Shown one piece after another: positions 19,766 to 30,128 of a stretch of DNA of 64,000 bases. This stretch comes from Thermoproteota archaeon. Its GTDB lineage: Archaea; Korarchaeota; Korarchaeia; Korarchaeales; JAOZGB01. The stretch covers positions 128,001 through 192,000 of the forward strand of contig JAVCBU010000006.1 in assembly GCA_037917685.1 (NCBI GenBank). Direction: 5' to 3'. The stretch's first letter is position 1. Each line of letters starts with the position of its first letter. Position numbers and translations under genes: made by a program. The notes beneath the pieces were generated by a model that saw nothing but the letters and a program-made list of their open reading frames with translations, made no database searches and was not told the origin of the DNA.

Positions 19766-20414
19766 CTTTCTCTAACATATTTCTTATTTTATCACTCAAA
19801 CCTGAAATATGCGCTTCTCTTTCGATTTTTCTCAAGGCTTCTTCTATAAGTCTGAGTTTAGCGGGATCCTTACTGTAAACGATCACCTTTCCATTTTGAC
19901 CGACTTCTATCCCACATCCAACTATTTCTTTCATCATATTTATCATAGATCCCTTACGTCCTATTATCCTAGGAATTTTCATAGGCTCTACATCAAATAT
20001 TACTGCATTCTGCACTTTGCCAAGCTTTGGGCCACGAATCGTTAGTATAGGGTGGGAGATTCCATCGAAGCTTTTTATTCTAGCCTTTACTGTATCTCCT
20101 ATTTTAATCCTTGTTCTACCTTTTATAGGCAATATACCCGGCATCGGAGACTTTATATCGAGGAGTAGATGCCGACTATCCGCATCTATAACCTTTCCAA
20201 CTATGATGTCTCCAACTCTTGGGAAATACCCCCCTCTCAACGGTATTATTGAAACAGAATCTTCCTTAATCGAAGCAAGGCCTATTTTCATAGATCTAAG
20301 TTTGCTCCCATCCTTATAAACATGTGGACCTGCCTTTAAAGGTCCTTCTGCCAAGACTTGACCTGGTAATACAAGTTGTCTATCCTTTACGAAGACTTTA
20401 ACTTTCTGACTCAT
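19728..20414 (-). CDS. rrp4: Exosome subunit Rrp4
   Basis: VLPGQ, S1 domain, KIPRIIGRKGSMI KH domain, GQNG. Confidence 0.95.
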   Translation of the reverse strand: MSQKVKVFVKDRQLVLPGQVLAEGPLKAGPHVYKDGSKLRSMKIGLASIKEDSVSIIPLRGGYFPRVGDIIVGKVIDADSRHLLLDIKSPMPGILPIKGRTRIKIGDTVKARIKSFDGISHPILTIRGPKLGKVQNAVIFDVEPMKIPRIIGRKGSMINMMKEIVGCGIEVGQNGKVIVYSKDPAKLRLIEEALRKIEREAHISGLSDKIRNMLEKGVKNANIRGKEA

Positions 20415-21091
20415 TTTGTAGGTCTCGCCTCCCATTTCATATTTTCCATTCTTGATAAAAACTCCGCTTGTAATCCTACAGGTATTTCAACAGTGATACT
20501 TGCCTGATTGCCTAGAGCCTTTTCTTCTTTTATTTTACCATAGTCTCCCAGGACACCTCTAGCCTTCCCCCAATGTGCTACGGGAACTGTGACGATGAAC
20601 GTTACTGTTCCGGTTTTCAAAGGTATTATCGGCCTTAGAGCAGAGATAATCCTATCTATTTGCCTCTCTACAGGCTCAAAGGGGTCTATCTTAACATTTG
20701 CCTCTCTCATCGCCCGCTCAATTCTACTCTTCGGATGTGGGGCTTTCGTCGTTGGATTTATGAAATTCTTATGGATGTACTCGATTATTCTAGCTCGTTT
20801 CTCCCTGATCAACTTCTCTCGTCTCTCAGCGGTTATTTGTATCTTTCCTTTTTCTATCATCTCTTTAACTATTTCTCTAATGTCATCAGTCCCGAAAACC
20901 TCTATCAACTCTTTCCTAGACGCAACTTCCCCCCTTCTGGCATCTCGAAATACAGATTCAACCGCTAGAAGATCTAGGGGGTCACCTTTTAACGTCTCAA
21001 GGTAGCGATAAGTCTCTTCAGGCTTTACGAGAATTTCAAAAGAAGATTTGCTCCTACCCTTTGAGTATCTGACTATTATCGGCTTGCTCAT
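20411..21091 (-). CDS. Ribosome maturation factor SBDS/Sdo1
   Basis: FEILV, FGTDD, PHPKSRIERAM, IDPF. Confidence 0.95.
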   Translation of the reverse strand: MSKPIIVRYSKGRSKSSFEILVKPEETYRYLETLKGDPLDLLAVESVFRDARRGEVASRKELIEVFGTDDIREIVKEMIEKGKIQITAERREKLIREKRARIIEYIHKNFINPTTKAPHPKSRIERAMREANVKIDPFEPVERQIDRIISALRPIIPLKTGTVTFIVTVPVAHWGKARGVLGDYGKIKEEKALGNQASITVEIPVGLQAEFLSRMENMKWEARPTK

Positions 21092-21092
21092 C

Positions 21093-21806
21093 TTATCCCT
21101 CCACTTTGGAGATAAAATTCTCTACCTCTCCTTCTCCCAACTTTTTAAACTTCTTATCAACCATGGAGATGATGGCTATCTCTATTCTATCTGGTGTCGG
21201 TTTCTCTCCCGTTGCTACTTGTACAGCCTTGATGCCTAGGACTATCGCGTCTTCCAATTTTAATTCTTCCTTATAGTTTTCTTTGAAAAATTCTATCGCT
21301 TTCTCCTTTCCCTCGCCAACGACTGCTACCTTGTAGGAGAAATAGGCGCCTCCCGGATGCGTCTGGAATAATTGAGGCTTATCATCAACTCCTCCTATTA
21401 TTATCATTACACCAAATGGTCTAGATCCAGCATATAAGGTATGTAATTGTTTATACTCAGCTATCTTCTTTGTTAGATACTTTACAGGCGGAATGTCATT
21501 ATATGTCAGTCTGAAAATCTGAGCATCCAGCCTACATCTATCGATAAGCACCATACCGTCTCCCATGAGCCCAGCAGCTATGGCTCCGACGTGTTCGTCT
21601 ACCTTGCTTATCTTCTCAGTAGGATCCGTCAGAGGAGACACGATCATTCTTAATGCCATTAGGACAACTCCGTCTTTACACCTTATCCCAATAGCTATCG
21701 GTGTCTGCTTTGTGGCTGTTACAGCATATTCAACTTGTAGTAATCGTCCTTCCGGGTTAAATACTGTTATCGCCCGGTCATAAGCTCCTGTCATTTGGGG
21801 AAACAT
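21093..21806 (-). CDS. psmA: Proteasome alpha subunit
   Basis: YDRAITVFNPEGRLLQVEYA, RPFGV. Confidence 0.97.
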   Translation of the reverse strand: MFPQMTGAYDRAITVFNPEGRLLQVEYAVTATKQTPIAIGIRCKDGVVLMALRMIVSPLTDPTEKISKVDEHVGAIAAGLMGDGMVLIDRCRLDAQIFRLTYNDIPPVKYLTKKIAEYKQLHTLYAGSRPFGVMIIIGGVDDKPQLFQTHPGGAYFSYKVAVVGEGKEKAIEFFKENYKEELKLEDAIVLGIKAVQVATGEKPTPDRIEIAIISMVDKKFKKLGEGEVENFISKVEG

Positions 21807-21816
21807 ATACTCACCA

Positions 21817-22146
21817 CTACAGATGGTTTGGTTTCTTAACACCCTTAAATGTTCCGGAAATTTTAACTATATGGATTGCTACATCCTTATCTCCGATAGA
21901 ACTTATAAGTCCTATGGTTGAAAGTAAGATATCTATTGACTTATGATCTGTAGCAATTACCCCCTCCTTACCATTAAACTCTACCATTCTCTTGTAACAT
22001 TGACTTGACCCCACAATCCCCCATAATCTAACAATTGATTTTGAAATCTCCCTCATAATATCCTCTCCTCGCACTTCACCGCCATATACCCTAAACCTAA
22101 CATATCTTCTCCTTCTTTTCAGATCTACTGGGATTCTAACTTTCAT
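21817..22146 (-). CDS. rnp2: RNase P protein Pop5
   Basis: RRRYVRF, ISGTFKG; superoperon position. Confidence 0.88.
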   Translation of the reverse strand: MKVRIPVDLKRRRRYVRFRVYGGEVRGEDIMREISKSIVRLWGIVGSSQCYKRMVEFNGKEGVIATDHKSIDILLSTIGLISSIGDKDVAIHIVKISGTFKGVKKPNHL

Positions 22147-22802
22147 TATTCTCCTCCGATCAATTTTTCAGCAAAGCTGCTTATACTATTTAACGCGTAA
22201 ATCTTGGGTAAACCAAGCACGTTTGAAGCTATCGATGCAGATGTTAACGGATCTCTAACTTGAAATATGCTTTTCGCCCCACTTGCAATTATAATCGGCA
22301 CTTTAGATTTTCTAGCTATTGACAATTCTAATCTTAAGACTCCTAATATTTTGTCAAATCCAGCTCGCCAAATATTTAAAAGATAAGATAGGTCCACTTC
22401 AACACACATTTCCCTCGTGTAAGCTTGCTCAGCTGCTACCTTATCAAATACTATCGTACCAGTGGGAGGTAGGATTATTGCGTCAAACACGTCTATTTTT
22501 GTGGCTTTCCTGCATTGTTCAAGGCTGTTAGGCGAGACTGCTAGGTAGTTTACCTTTTTACGCATTTCAACTGCTTTCTTATACCAGTTATTTGATGTCA
22601 TGTCAACAACATAGGTTAATCCGAAGTCTACGTCTGCTTTTTTACATTTCGAGTCAATATCTATTGTAAAGCAATCCCAATCAATGGATAGTCCAACTTT
22701 TCTGTATCCCATTCCCCTTAGGAGCCTTAAAGTATCTAATAGTTCTCCCCTAGACTCTAAGTTTTTCACGTAAAGTCTGGCATCCACATACTTCCTAGGC
22801 AT
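22146..22802 (-). CDS. rnp3: RNase P protein Rpp30
   Basis: IASGAKSIFQVRDP motif; superoperon position. Confidence 0.88.
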   Translation of the reverse strand: MPRKYVDARLYVKNLESRGELLDTLRLLRGMGYRKVGLSIDWDCFTIDIDSKCKKADVDFGLTYVVDMTSNNWYKKAVEMRKKVNYLAVSPNSLEQCRKATKIDVFDAIILPPTGTIVFDKVAAEQAYTREMCVEVDLSYLLNIWRAGFDKILGVLRLELSIARKSKVPIIIASGAKSIFQVRDPLTSASIASNVLGLPKIYALNSISSFAEKLIGGE

Positions 22803-22811
22803 TTAGACACT

Positions 22812-23351
22812 CTACTTCTTAGGGAGTCCTCTTACCTTTCTAAGTCCCCGCCCCTTTTTCCCGGCGCTTGTGAGCCCTCTGAAAGCCCTTCCCTTATTGT
22901 TTGTAATCCAGTTTATTTTCGGATCGTTCTTTATTACTGGATGGTTTGGATCCACCAGTATTACCTCGTAGTACTTTCTCATGCCGTCTTCTGCAACATA
23001 ATACGAGTTTAAGACTTCTAGATTTGGATATTTTCTTGCTGCTTTTTCTTCAGCTATCCTCTGAAGGCTCTTTTTAGGCGTTATTTTGTTAACACCCATC
23101 CCAGCTGGTTTTCTACCGGCTCTAGGTCTAGGTTTTCTCCTTCCGCCCCTTCTGACTTTCACTCTTACCACGATGTATCCTTGTTTAGCCCTATATCCTA
23201 GCCTCCTGGCTCTATCTATCCTAGTTGGTTTTGGTATTCTAACCACTGAGGGCTGTTTCCTCCATTTAATCAATCTTTCCTTCCATATTTCCTTGAGTTC
23301 AGGTATTTTCATCCTCTGTCTCCATGCGTAGGTCTCCATGTACTTATACAA
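22812..23351 (-). CDS. rpl15e: 50S ribosomal protein L15e
   Basis: [32 protein letters not shown]. Confidence 0.98.
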   Translation of the reverse strand: MYKYMETYAWRQRMKIPELKEIWKERLIKWRKQPSVVRIPKPTRIDRARRLGYRAKQGYIVVRVKVRRGGRRKPRPRAGRKPAGMGVNKITPKKSLQRIAEEKAARKYPNLEVLNSYYVAEDGMRKYYEVILVDPNHPVIKNDPKINWITNNKGRAFRGLTSAGKKGRGLRKVRGLPKK

Positions 23352-23417
23352 CTGGGGTCAAAAGTATAGAGTCTTGCATGTTTAAATTTCTTTCCAACAA
23401 TGAAATATTAGATTCCC

Positions 23418-24611
23418 TTGCTGATCGGGATATGCGGTAAGACTAATGTAGGGAAGTCAACATTTTTTGCAGCTGCAACATTAGCGCCTGTTGAGATAGG
23501 AAATAGGCCTTTTGTCACTATAAAGCCTAACCAAGGCGTAGGATATGTTAGAGTACCTTCGGTTTGCTCTAAGCTTGGATTAAAGTGCCAGCCTAGGGAG
23601 GGCTTTTGTAATGGAAGGTACAGATATGTGCCTGTGAAATTGTTAGACGTTGCTGGTCTCGTAAGGGATGCACATAAAGGTAGGGGATTAGGCAATCAGT
23701 TCTTAGATGATCTGAGGCGGAGTGATGTAAACATAGTTGTAGTTGATGCTTCCGGTGGTACAGACGATGATGGTAACCCTGTGCCGTTAGGTACCCACGA
23801 TCCTGTGGAAGATGTTAAGATAGTTACCGAGGAGTTTACAGAATGGCTTGCTTCCATACTCGATAGACACTGGGATAAGATAGCTAGTCAAGCCAGAATA
23901 CGCCGTTTAAAAGTGGAAGATGTAATTTATCAAATACTAGCTGGGATGAACATTCATAAACACCAGATACTTAAGGCATTATCCAAAGTGCCCTTGTCGC
24001 TGAGTTCTAAGCCTGATACTAAAGAGTTACTAATGTTTTCGAAAGCTTTACTGTCAGTATCTAAACCCATAATAATTGCCGCTAATAAGATGGACATTCC
24101 CCAAGCAAGAAAGAACTATAAACTACTTATAGAGAAACTTAAACCTCTTCCAGTGATCCCTGTCTCAGCAGAAGCAGAACTTATCCTGAGAAAAGCGTCA
24201 GCCGCAGGTCTTATAGAGTACTATCCAGGCGACCCCACGTTTAAAATCGTAGAAAAAAGTAAACTTACCCCAGGTCAGAAAAAGGCTTTATCCATGGTTA
24301 AGGAATTTCTCTCCATATTCAGTACCACTGGAGTCCAGAAGTGTCTTGAAACAGCTGCATTTGACATTCTTAAGCTTAAAGCCGTTTTCCCGGTTGAAAA
24401 TGAATCCAAATATTCCGATAAGCAGGGAAATATACTTCCCGACGTCTATCTTCTATGGAAAGATTCTACTGTCAAGGACTTAGCTATGAAAATCCATACC
24501 GAACTCGGGAGGAAGGCTCTCTATGGCGTGGACGCTGAGACAAAGATGCGGATAGGGCTAGACGAGCCTCTTAAGCATTTACAAATAGTAAAAGTAGTTT
24601 CTACAGCCTAA
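23418..24611 (+). CDS. ychF: YchF/Obg-family NTPase with TGS domain
   Basis: GKTNVGKST, DVAGLV, GLGNQFLDDLR, ANKMD. Confidence 0.92.
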   Translation: MLIGICGKTNVGKSTFFAAATLAPVEIGNRPFVTIKPNQGVGYVRVPSVCSKLGLKCQPREGFCNGRYRYVPVKLLDVAGLVRDAHKGRGLGNQFLDDLRRSDVNIVVVDASGGTDDDGNPVPLGTHDPVEDVKIVTEEFTEWLASILDRHWDKIASQARIRRLKVEDVIYQILAGMNIHKHQILKALSKVPLSLSSKPDTKELLMFSKALLSVSKPIIIAANKMDIPQARKNYKLLIEKLKPLPVIPVSAEAELILRKASAAGLIEYYPGDPTFKIVEKSKLTPGQKKALSMVKEFLSIFSTTGVQKCLETAAFDILKLKAVFPVENESKYSDKQGNILPDVYLLWKDSTVKDLAMKIHTELGRKALYGVDAETKMRIGLDEPLKHLQIVKVVSTA

Positions 24612-25597
24612 ACTATGATTTTTGTCCCTGGAGGGAGCCTCGTGTCAGCTCCAATAACCAATGGGTCATCAACTTTACCAACAAGCTTGCTTTTATCCCC
24701 TAAAAGGCATCTGCAACCAATTATGGCATATTTAACATGTACCTTCCTCCCGATTTTGGTTGAACCCATGATTATGGAGTTTTCTATAATACTCTCCTCT
24801 TCTATCTCAACATTCTCAGATATAGTTGTATATCTATGTATGTGATTTGTAAAGACCTTTGCAGATCTGCTAATGTAGACCCCCTTTCCAGCCTCTTCTA
24901 AAATTATCCTATTAGCTCTAAGCAGCGAGTTTGGTCTTCCAACATCGATCCAAGGACGTCCAACATCAACGCATATTATTCTCTGCTTTTTACACATTAT
25001 ATTTATGGCATCTGTAAGTTCATATTCTCCTCTTGGTGATAACTTAACCATTTTAAGATAGCTCCAAATCGATTGGTCAAAAACAAAAATACCTGAAAGT
25101 ATTTTACGGCCATACCTTACGCTTGATGGTTTTTCTATTATACTAATTAGCCTGTCCCCTTTGGTTAGACATACTCCATAATTCCAAGGGTCAACAACCT
25201 CAGCTGTTCCAATTATAGGCTGGCCTTCTTTCGAAAAATAGGTTATAATTCTTTCGTATGTTTTGTCAGCGAATAGGTTATCAGCGTAAATTAACAGGAA
25301 CTCGGAATCGCCTATAAATTCTCTTCCAGCGTTTACTGCGTCGCTTGTGCCCGCAGGATAATCTTGCTTTATAAATTCGATATCTATATCGTTCCACTTT
25401 TGCCTAACATGTTTAACTACCAATTCAGAAAGATGATGAACTACAATACCTATCTCTTTTATCCCCTGTCTCAGAATGTTCTCTATATGTCGATCTAAAA
25501 GTGTGGTGGGCCCAAGAGGTATCAAATATTTTGGTGTAGTATGAGTTAAAGGCCTAAGCCTTTTACCTCTACCCGCTGCTAACAGCAATGCTTTCAA
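24608..25597 (-). CDS. Sugar-phosphate nucleotidyltransferase (RmlA/GlmU-like)
   Basis: LAAGRGKRLRPLT, EKP, RGEYELTDA, hexapeptide tail. Confidence 0.9.
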   Translation of the reverse strand: MKALLLAAGRGKRLRPLTHTTPKYLIPLGPTTLLDRHIENILRQGIKEIGIVVHHLSELVVKHVRQKWNDIDIEFIKQDYPAGTSDAVNAGREFIGDSEFLLIYADNLFADKTYERIITYFSKEGQPIIGTAEVVDPWNYGVCLTKGDRLISIIEKPSSVRYGRKILSGIFVFDQSIWSYLKMVKLSPRGEYELTDAINIMCKKQRIICVDVGRPWIDVGRPNSLLRANRIILEEAGKGVYISRSAKVFTNHIHRYTTISENVEIEEESIIENSIIMGSTKIGRKVHVKYAIIGCRCLLGDKSKLVGKVDDPLVIGADTRLPPGTKIIV

Positions 25598-26198
25598 CTA
25601 TTTTTCCTCCTTCGCTTATCTTTGCAGGAAGCTTTATAACTTCTATCTTTAGAGGTTCAACAAGCTGTATCCTGGTGATCCTTCCAGCCTCCCTTATAAT
25701 TGTTCTCCTAATATCATATGGTTCAGAGAAAATCGCTGAGATGACAAGCTCATCTATTGTAAGCTTTGGTATTAAATCAGTCATGATTTGGTTAGCTATG
25801 CGTCTGATCGCTTGCTCCTTACTCTTTCTTACCCTTCTTTCCGTCACTATAAGGTTGAAATAGTGTATCAGGTGCCCGTCGGACGTTTCGCCTCTCGTGA
25901 ATACATCCACCCTGCTTGTTCTCCGTCGTATAATGCTTCTAACGTAGTCTGCTCTAAGCGCTTCTTTGACGAAAGTGGCATATGCTTTGCTTTCATCATA
26001 AGATATAATCTTAAACCACATCTTATAGTTTTCATGTGTAAAATTTCCGGTCGTGTCTGCTACGGATATTTCTATTTTTCTACCTATCAGTGCTTCTGGT
26101 TTACTCGCCCATGTCTCGCCCAGAACCCTATTTTTAAAGATATTAGTCGCTATGACCTCATATATATTCTTAGGAGCTTTTTTCACTCGTCTCGGCAA
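25569..26198 (-). CDS. rps3ae: 30S ribosomal protein S3Ae
   Basis: LIGRKIE, DYVRSIIRRRTSRVD. Confidence 0.92.
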   Translation of the reverse strand: MPRRVKKAPKNIYEVIATNIFKNRVLGETWASKPEALIGRKIEISVADTTGNFTHENYKMWFKIISYDESKAYATFVKEALRADYVRSIIRRRTSRVDVFTRGETSDGHLIHYFNLIVTERRVRKSKEQAIRRIANQIMTDLIPKLTIDELVISAIFSEPYDIRRTIIREAGRITRIQLVEPLKIEVIKLPAKISEGGKIVESIAVSSG

Positions 26199-26273
26199 CT
26201 TTGATCCCGTTACACTTTAGCCCTCTAAGGGCTTTTAAATTTCTTTAACTTTTACATCAAAGGTTAAGATAGA

Positions 26274-27107
26274 ATGAGCATCATATTCAAAGATGCCAGC
26301 TTTAAATATGCTAATGGTGAGAAATGGGCTGTTAAAGCTTTATCGTTTAGAATAGAAGCCGGAGAGAAGGTTTTAATCTCAGGTCCTAGTGGTAGTGGAA
26401 AGTCGACTATTTGCAGAATGATTAACGGCTTAATACCACATTTCTACGAAGGTGAGTTCGAAGGCGTAGTAGAGATAAATGGATTGGATACTAGAAATGT
26501 TAAGGTTGCAAGATTATCAAGAGATGTTGGGCTTGTCTTTCAAAACCCCGAAAACCAACTCGTTGCTCTAAGTGTGGAGAGAGAAATCTCATTCGGTTTA
26601 GAGAATCTGGGTATAAAGAGAGAGGAAATCCTGCAGAGAATAAACTGGGTTTTGAGACTACTTAATATTGAAAGGCTAAGGGAAAGACTTATACATGAAC
26701 TCTCCGGAGGAGAGAAACAGCTTGTCATACTTGCTGCTATAATAGCAATGAAACCTAAAATCCTAGTATTGGACGAACCAACTGCAGGGCTTGATCCTGT
26801 AAATTCGATTAGACTTGTGAACATGATAAATGACCTTTCTATTAAGCTAGGCTTAACCGTTGTAATAGTGGAACAAAGAGTAGATCTCATAGCCCCGATT
26901 GTTGATAGAGTTCTCGTCTTAGAAGAAGGCGAGATAATAGCTTATGGCAGGCCAGGGGAGGTTTACAGTATAAATAAAGTTTACAACAGCGGTTCCGCAA
27001 TACCCAAACTCGTAGAATTATATTATGAACTGCGAAGGGCTGGTGTCAACTTAGATAAGCCAGCCTTAACTGTTAAAGAGTTCTTGGAGGTGTTAAGGGC
27101 TAAATGA
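26274..27107 (+). CDS. ecfA1: ECF transporter ATPase A1
   Basis: GPSGSGKST, FQNPENQ, LSGGEKQ, LDEPT. Confidence 0.92.
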   Translation: MSIIFKDASFKYANGEKWAVKALSFRIEAGEKVLISGPSGSGKSTICRMINGLIPHFYEGEFEGVVEINGLDTRNVKVARLSRDVGLVFQNPENQLVALSVEREISFGLENLGIKREEILQRINWVLRLLNIERLRERLIHELSGGEKQLVILAAIIAMKPKILVLDEPTAGLDPVNSIRLVNMINDLSIKLGLTVVIVEQRVDLIAPIVDRVLVLEEGEIIAYGRPGEVYSINKVYNSGSAIPKLVELYYELRRAGVNLDKPALTVKEFLEVLRAK

Positions 27108-27940
27108 TCGAGGTAGAATCGGTATACTACGATTATAATGGTCATAAAGCTCTCATTGATGTCTCTGTATCTTTTGAAACCGGTAATATCTACGTAATAA
27201 TGGGAGAAAACGGTGCCGGTAAATCTACATTGCTCAAACATTTAAATGGGATACTGAAGCCAAAGTCAGGAAGAGTCCTAGTAGACGGGATTAATACCAA
27301 GGAAGCCACAGTTGCGGAACTTTGTCGGAAGGTGGGGCTTGTATTTCAGAATCCGGAATTACAGTTTTTCTGCGAAACTGTCTTTAAAGAGGTGGCTTTT
27401 GGTCCTGAGAACCTCGGCCTCGACCCTACCACTGTTAAGAGCCGTGTTGAGAATGCACTAAGAGTTGTTGGATTAACAGGTTTTGAAGAAAGGGTTCCGT
27501 GGAGCCTAAGTGGGGGTGAGATGAGGAGGTTGGCACTTGCTTCTATTCTTTCGATGGAACCTAAGTATTTGGCCTTAGATGAGCCTACCGTTGGTCAGGA
27601 TCGGTTTAGTAAGGAGAATCTTAAAGCATTAATTTGGAGGTTTAAAGAGATGGGTAAGAGCGTGATTATTGCGACCCACGATATTGAGTGGGTTTACGAC
27701 TTAAAACCGGATGAGATGATACTTATGTCTCACGGGAGGATAGTAGCTCAGGGCCCTCCATGGGAGATTCTGAATGACGATGAACTATTAAAGAAGTGTA
27801 ATCTTATTAAACCCATTCTTCTTACACTTTGTGACAGCCTTAGATTGCCTTTAAAAAACAGTACACCATCTGTAACAGAACTTGCCAGGGAGATACATAA
27901 GAAAATGGGTGGGAAGTTTGTATTATCTAGAAGCTTTTAA
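27104..27940 (+). CDS. ecfA2: ECF transporter ATPase A2
   Basis: GENGAGKST, FQNPELQ, LSGGEMRR, LDEPT. Confidence 0.92.
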   Translation: MIEVESVYYDYNGHKALIDVSVSFETGNIYVIMGENGAGKSTLLKHLNGILKPKSGRVLVDGINTKEATVAELCRKVGLVFQNPELQFFCETVFKEVAFGPENLGLDPTTVKSRVENALRVVGLTGFEERVPWSLSGGEMRRLALASILSMEPKYLALDEPTVGQDRFSKENLKALIWRFKEMGKSVIIATHDIEWVYDLKPDEMILMSHGRIVAQGPPWEILNDDELLKKCNLIKPILLTLCDSLRLPLKNSTPSVTELAREIHKKMGGKFVLSRSF

Positions 27941-28652
27941 ATTTAGGAAAAAAGACACATTTCTTCACAAGTTAAATATAATTTCAAAGCTTCCTATGTT
28001 AATAGGCTTTTCTACATTATCGATACTTTTTTCAGGTGTATATTCTCAGATTTTATTATTTCTTGTTATGATTCTACTTTTTTCTTCAAGTAGGCTGTGG
28101 ACGGAGCTCTATCGATTATTTAGGGGAAACATCCTGCTCTTCATTTTAATTGTAGGTATGGATTATATTTTTACACGCGATCTATACTTTTCCATCTCGA
28201 TGGGCTTAAGACTGATCAACTTAACTGGATTCTTCTCAATATTTTTCCTCACAGTATTGCCATCGGAGTTATCTGATCTAATGACTTTCCTAAGGATGCC
28301 ATACGAGATAATCTTCGTTTTTACAACGTCGATCAGATTTATACCTGTGGTTATCGATGATATAAGGCAAATCATGGATGCTCAGAGATCCCGAGGTTTA
28401 GAACTTGACAAGGGATCGATTCTGGAGAGAATTAAGAAATACCTGCCAATTTTAGTACCCCTCGTAGTTCATTCTATTAAAAGAAGCCAGCAATTGGCTG
28501 AGGCTATCGAAAGCAGGGCTTTCGGATCAGGAGTTAAAAGAACCTCTATGTACCAGCTTAAAATCAAAATTTCAGATTTATTGTTTATTCTAATTTGTCT
28601 ATTAGTAGTCTCATTGTTTGTTTACGCAAAGATCTCACAACTCCTCTATTAA
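27882..28652 (+). CDS. ecfT: ECF transporter transmembrane subunit T
   Basis: RFIP, AQRSRG, AIESRAF motifs; start uncertain. Confidence 0.92.
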   Translation: MPGRYIRKWVGSLYYLEAFKFRKKDTFLHKLNIISKLPMLIGFSTLSILFSGVYSQILLFLVMILLFSSSRLWTELYRLFRGNILLFILIVGMDYIFTRDLYFSISMGLRLINLTGFFSIFFLTVLPSELSDLMTFLRMPYEIIFVFTTSIRFIPVVIDDIRQIMDAQRSRGLELDKGSILERIKKYLPILVPLVVHSIKRSQQLAEAIESRAFGSGVKRTSMYQLKIKISDLLFILICLLVVSLFVYAKISQLLY

Positions 28653-29309
28653 CCTCCTTTTAGATAATTTATGAGCTAATGCTAACGGTTTTGGCATCAA
28701 TCTGTTTTCAATAAGATCTAACGTTATTTTTAGAGCTGAATCTAAGGTTATAAGGTGGCCTGGTGAAACAACGATTTTTTCTTTTCCTCTATATATTATG
28801 AAACCTACCGTCTCTCCCTTAAACTTAATAGTATAAATCCATAGTTCTCCATGCCTCATTACCTCGGAATGTTCGACTTCTCCAGCCAGACTGTTTTTAG
28901 TCACCCCAATGGTTGGTGTGTTAGTACTGAGCCCAATCTGCGATGCTAAACCACATTTTCTTGGATGATTGATACCGCAGGCATTAACAATTATCAGATC
29001 GGGCTTGATAAAGAGTCTCTTTAATGCTTTTAATGATAAATTATACTCTCTTAAACTAAAATACCCTGGGATGTATCTATTTACCTTTGCAATAGCATAT
29101 GAAATCTCCACAGGCATAGAATATTTAAGGTTGAATAAAACTGAACAGCAGACTCCGATATCTCTGTAATATGCTGCGTCTAAGCCTGCGATATATTTTA
29201 TATCAGTGTTTACATCTTCTAACCGTACTTTTTTGGAGAGATAGATCTGCTTCATGTGTAGACTATACTTGGCCCAAAGGCTATGTAAGAAACTCATCTT
29301 TATTACCAT
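28635..29309 (-). CDS. nfi: Endonuclease V family protein
   Basis: GLDAAY, YIPGYFSLRE, GINHPRKCGLAS, VSPGH; second catalytic Asp appears as Asn. Confidence 0.88.
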   Translation of the reverse strand: MVIKMSFLHSLWAKYSLHMKQIYLSKKVRLEDVNTDIKYIAGLDAAYYRDIGVCCSVLFNLKYSMPVEISYAIAKVNRYIPGYFSLREYNLSLKALKRLFIKPDLIIVNACGINHPRKCGLASQIGLSTNTPTIGVTKNSLAGEVEHSEVMRHGELWIYTIKFKGETVGFIIYRGKEKIVVSPGHLITLDSALKITLDLIENRLMPKPLALAHKLSKRRLIEEL

Positions 29310-29330
29310 CGTATTCTACATTAGAATAGG

Positions 29331-30068
29331 ATGATAGAAGGATTAAAGCCTAGGCACCTCTACGTTCTCCTTAAGATATTCCTTTCCTCGAACGGGAAGA
29401 GCACTACTTTGTCAGAATTATCTACAATATTAAAATTTCCAAAGCAAACTGTCTCTCGTTGGGTTTCGGAGCTTTCAAATCTTGGCTACATCGAAGCTAA
29501 GAGGTATGGGAGGAATCTTATGATTACTCTTAGCGATGATGGATTGTCTACCGTGAGAACCTTATATATGATTCTTAGATCCAGATTTGAGGGATTAAAG
29601 TATAGTATTGTAATTAGCGGGATTGTAGTGAAAGGCATCGGAGATGGTAGGTATTACCTTAGCATCCCAGAATATAGAAATAGGTTGAAAGAGTTGCTTG
29701 GATACTATCCCTTTCCAGGTACCCTTAATTTGAAACTTAACTCATCCGAAGATTATAGTAACCTGAGATTGTTTCTATCTTTAGAGGAACCCCTATATGT
29801 TGAAAGTTTTGAAGCTCATGGGAGAATTTTCGGCGGGGTTAAATGCTATCCGGTTCTAATTGATAGAAAAATTAAAGGCCATCTCATCTTCCCTGAGAGA
29901 AGCCATCATGATAACACGGTAATAGAGATAATATCTATGTTTAAGCTTAGAGACAAACTTAACTTAAAGAATGGGAGTTTGGTCAAGGTTTATTTGGTTA
30001 GTACGAGCCCGGCGGGACTTGAACCCGCGACCTACGGCTCCGCAGGCCGTCGCTCTGATCCTAGCTGA
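29331..30068 (+). CDS. ribK: HTH regulator fused to CTP-dependent riboflavin kinase (RbkR-like)
   Basis: N-terminal wHTH; GIGDGRYY, PFPGTLN, PERSHH, EIIS. Confidence 0.9.
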   Translation: MIEGLKPRHLYVLLKIFLSSNGKSTTLSELSTILKFPKQTVSRWVSELSNLGYIEAKRYGRNLMITLSDDGLSTVRTLYMILRSRFEGLKYSIVISGIVVKGIGDGRYYLSIPEYRNRLKELLGYYPFPGTLNLKLNSSEDYSNLRLFLSLEEPLYVESFEAHGRIFGGVKCYPVLIDRKIKGHLIFPERSHHDNTVIEIISMFKLRDKLNLKNGSLVKVYLVSTSPAGLEPATYGSAGRRSDPS

Positions 30069-30079
30069 GCTACGGGCTC
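30004..30079 (-). tRNA. tRNA-Arg(GCG)
   Basis: Cloverleaf GAGCCCG...ACGGC-CT-GCG-GA-GCCGT...GTTCAAG. Confidence 0.95.
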
Positions 30080-30128
30080 TCATCCATTATTGGCCGACAG
30101 TCAATTTAAAAGTTAAACCAATAGGTTA

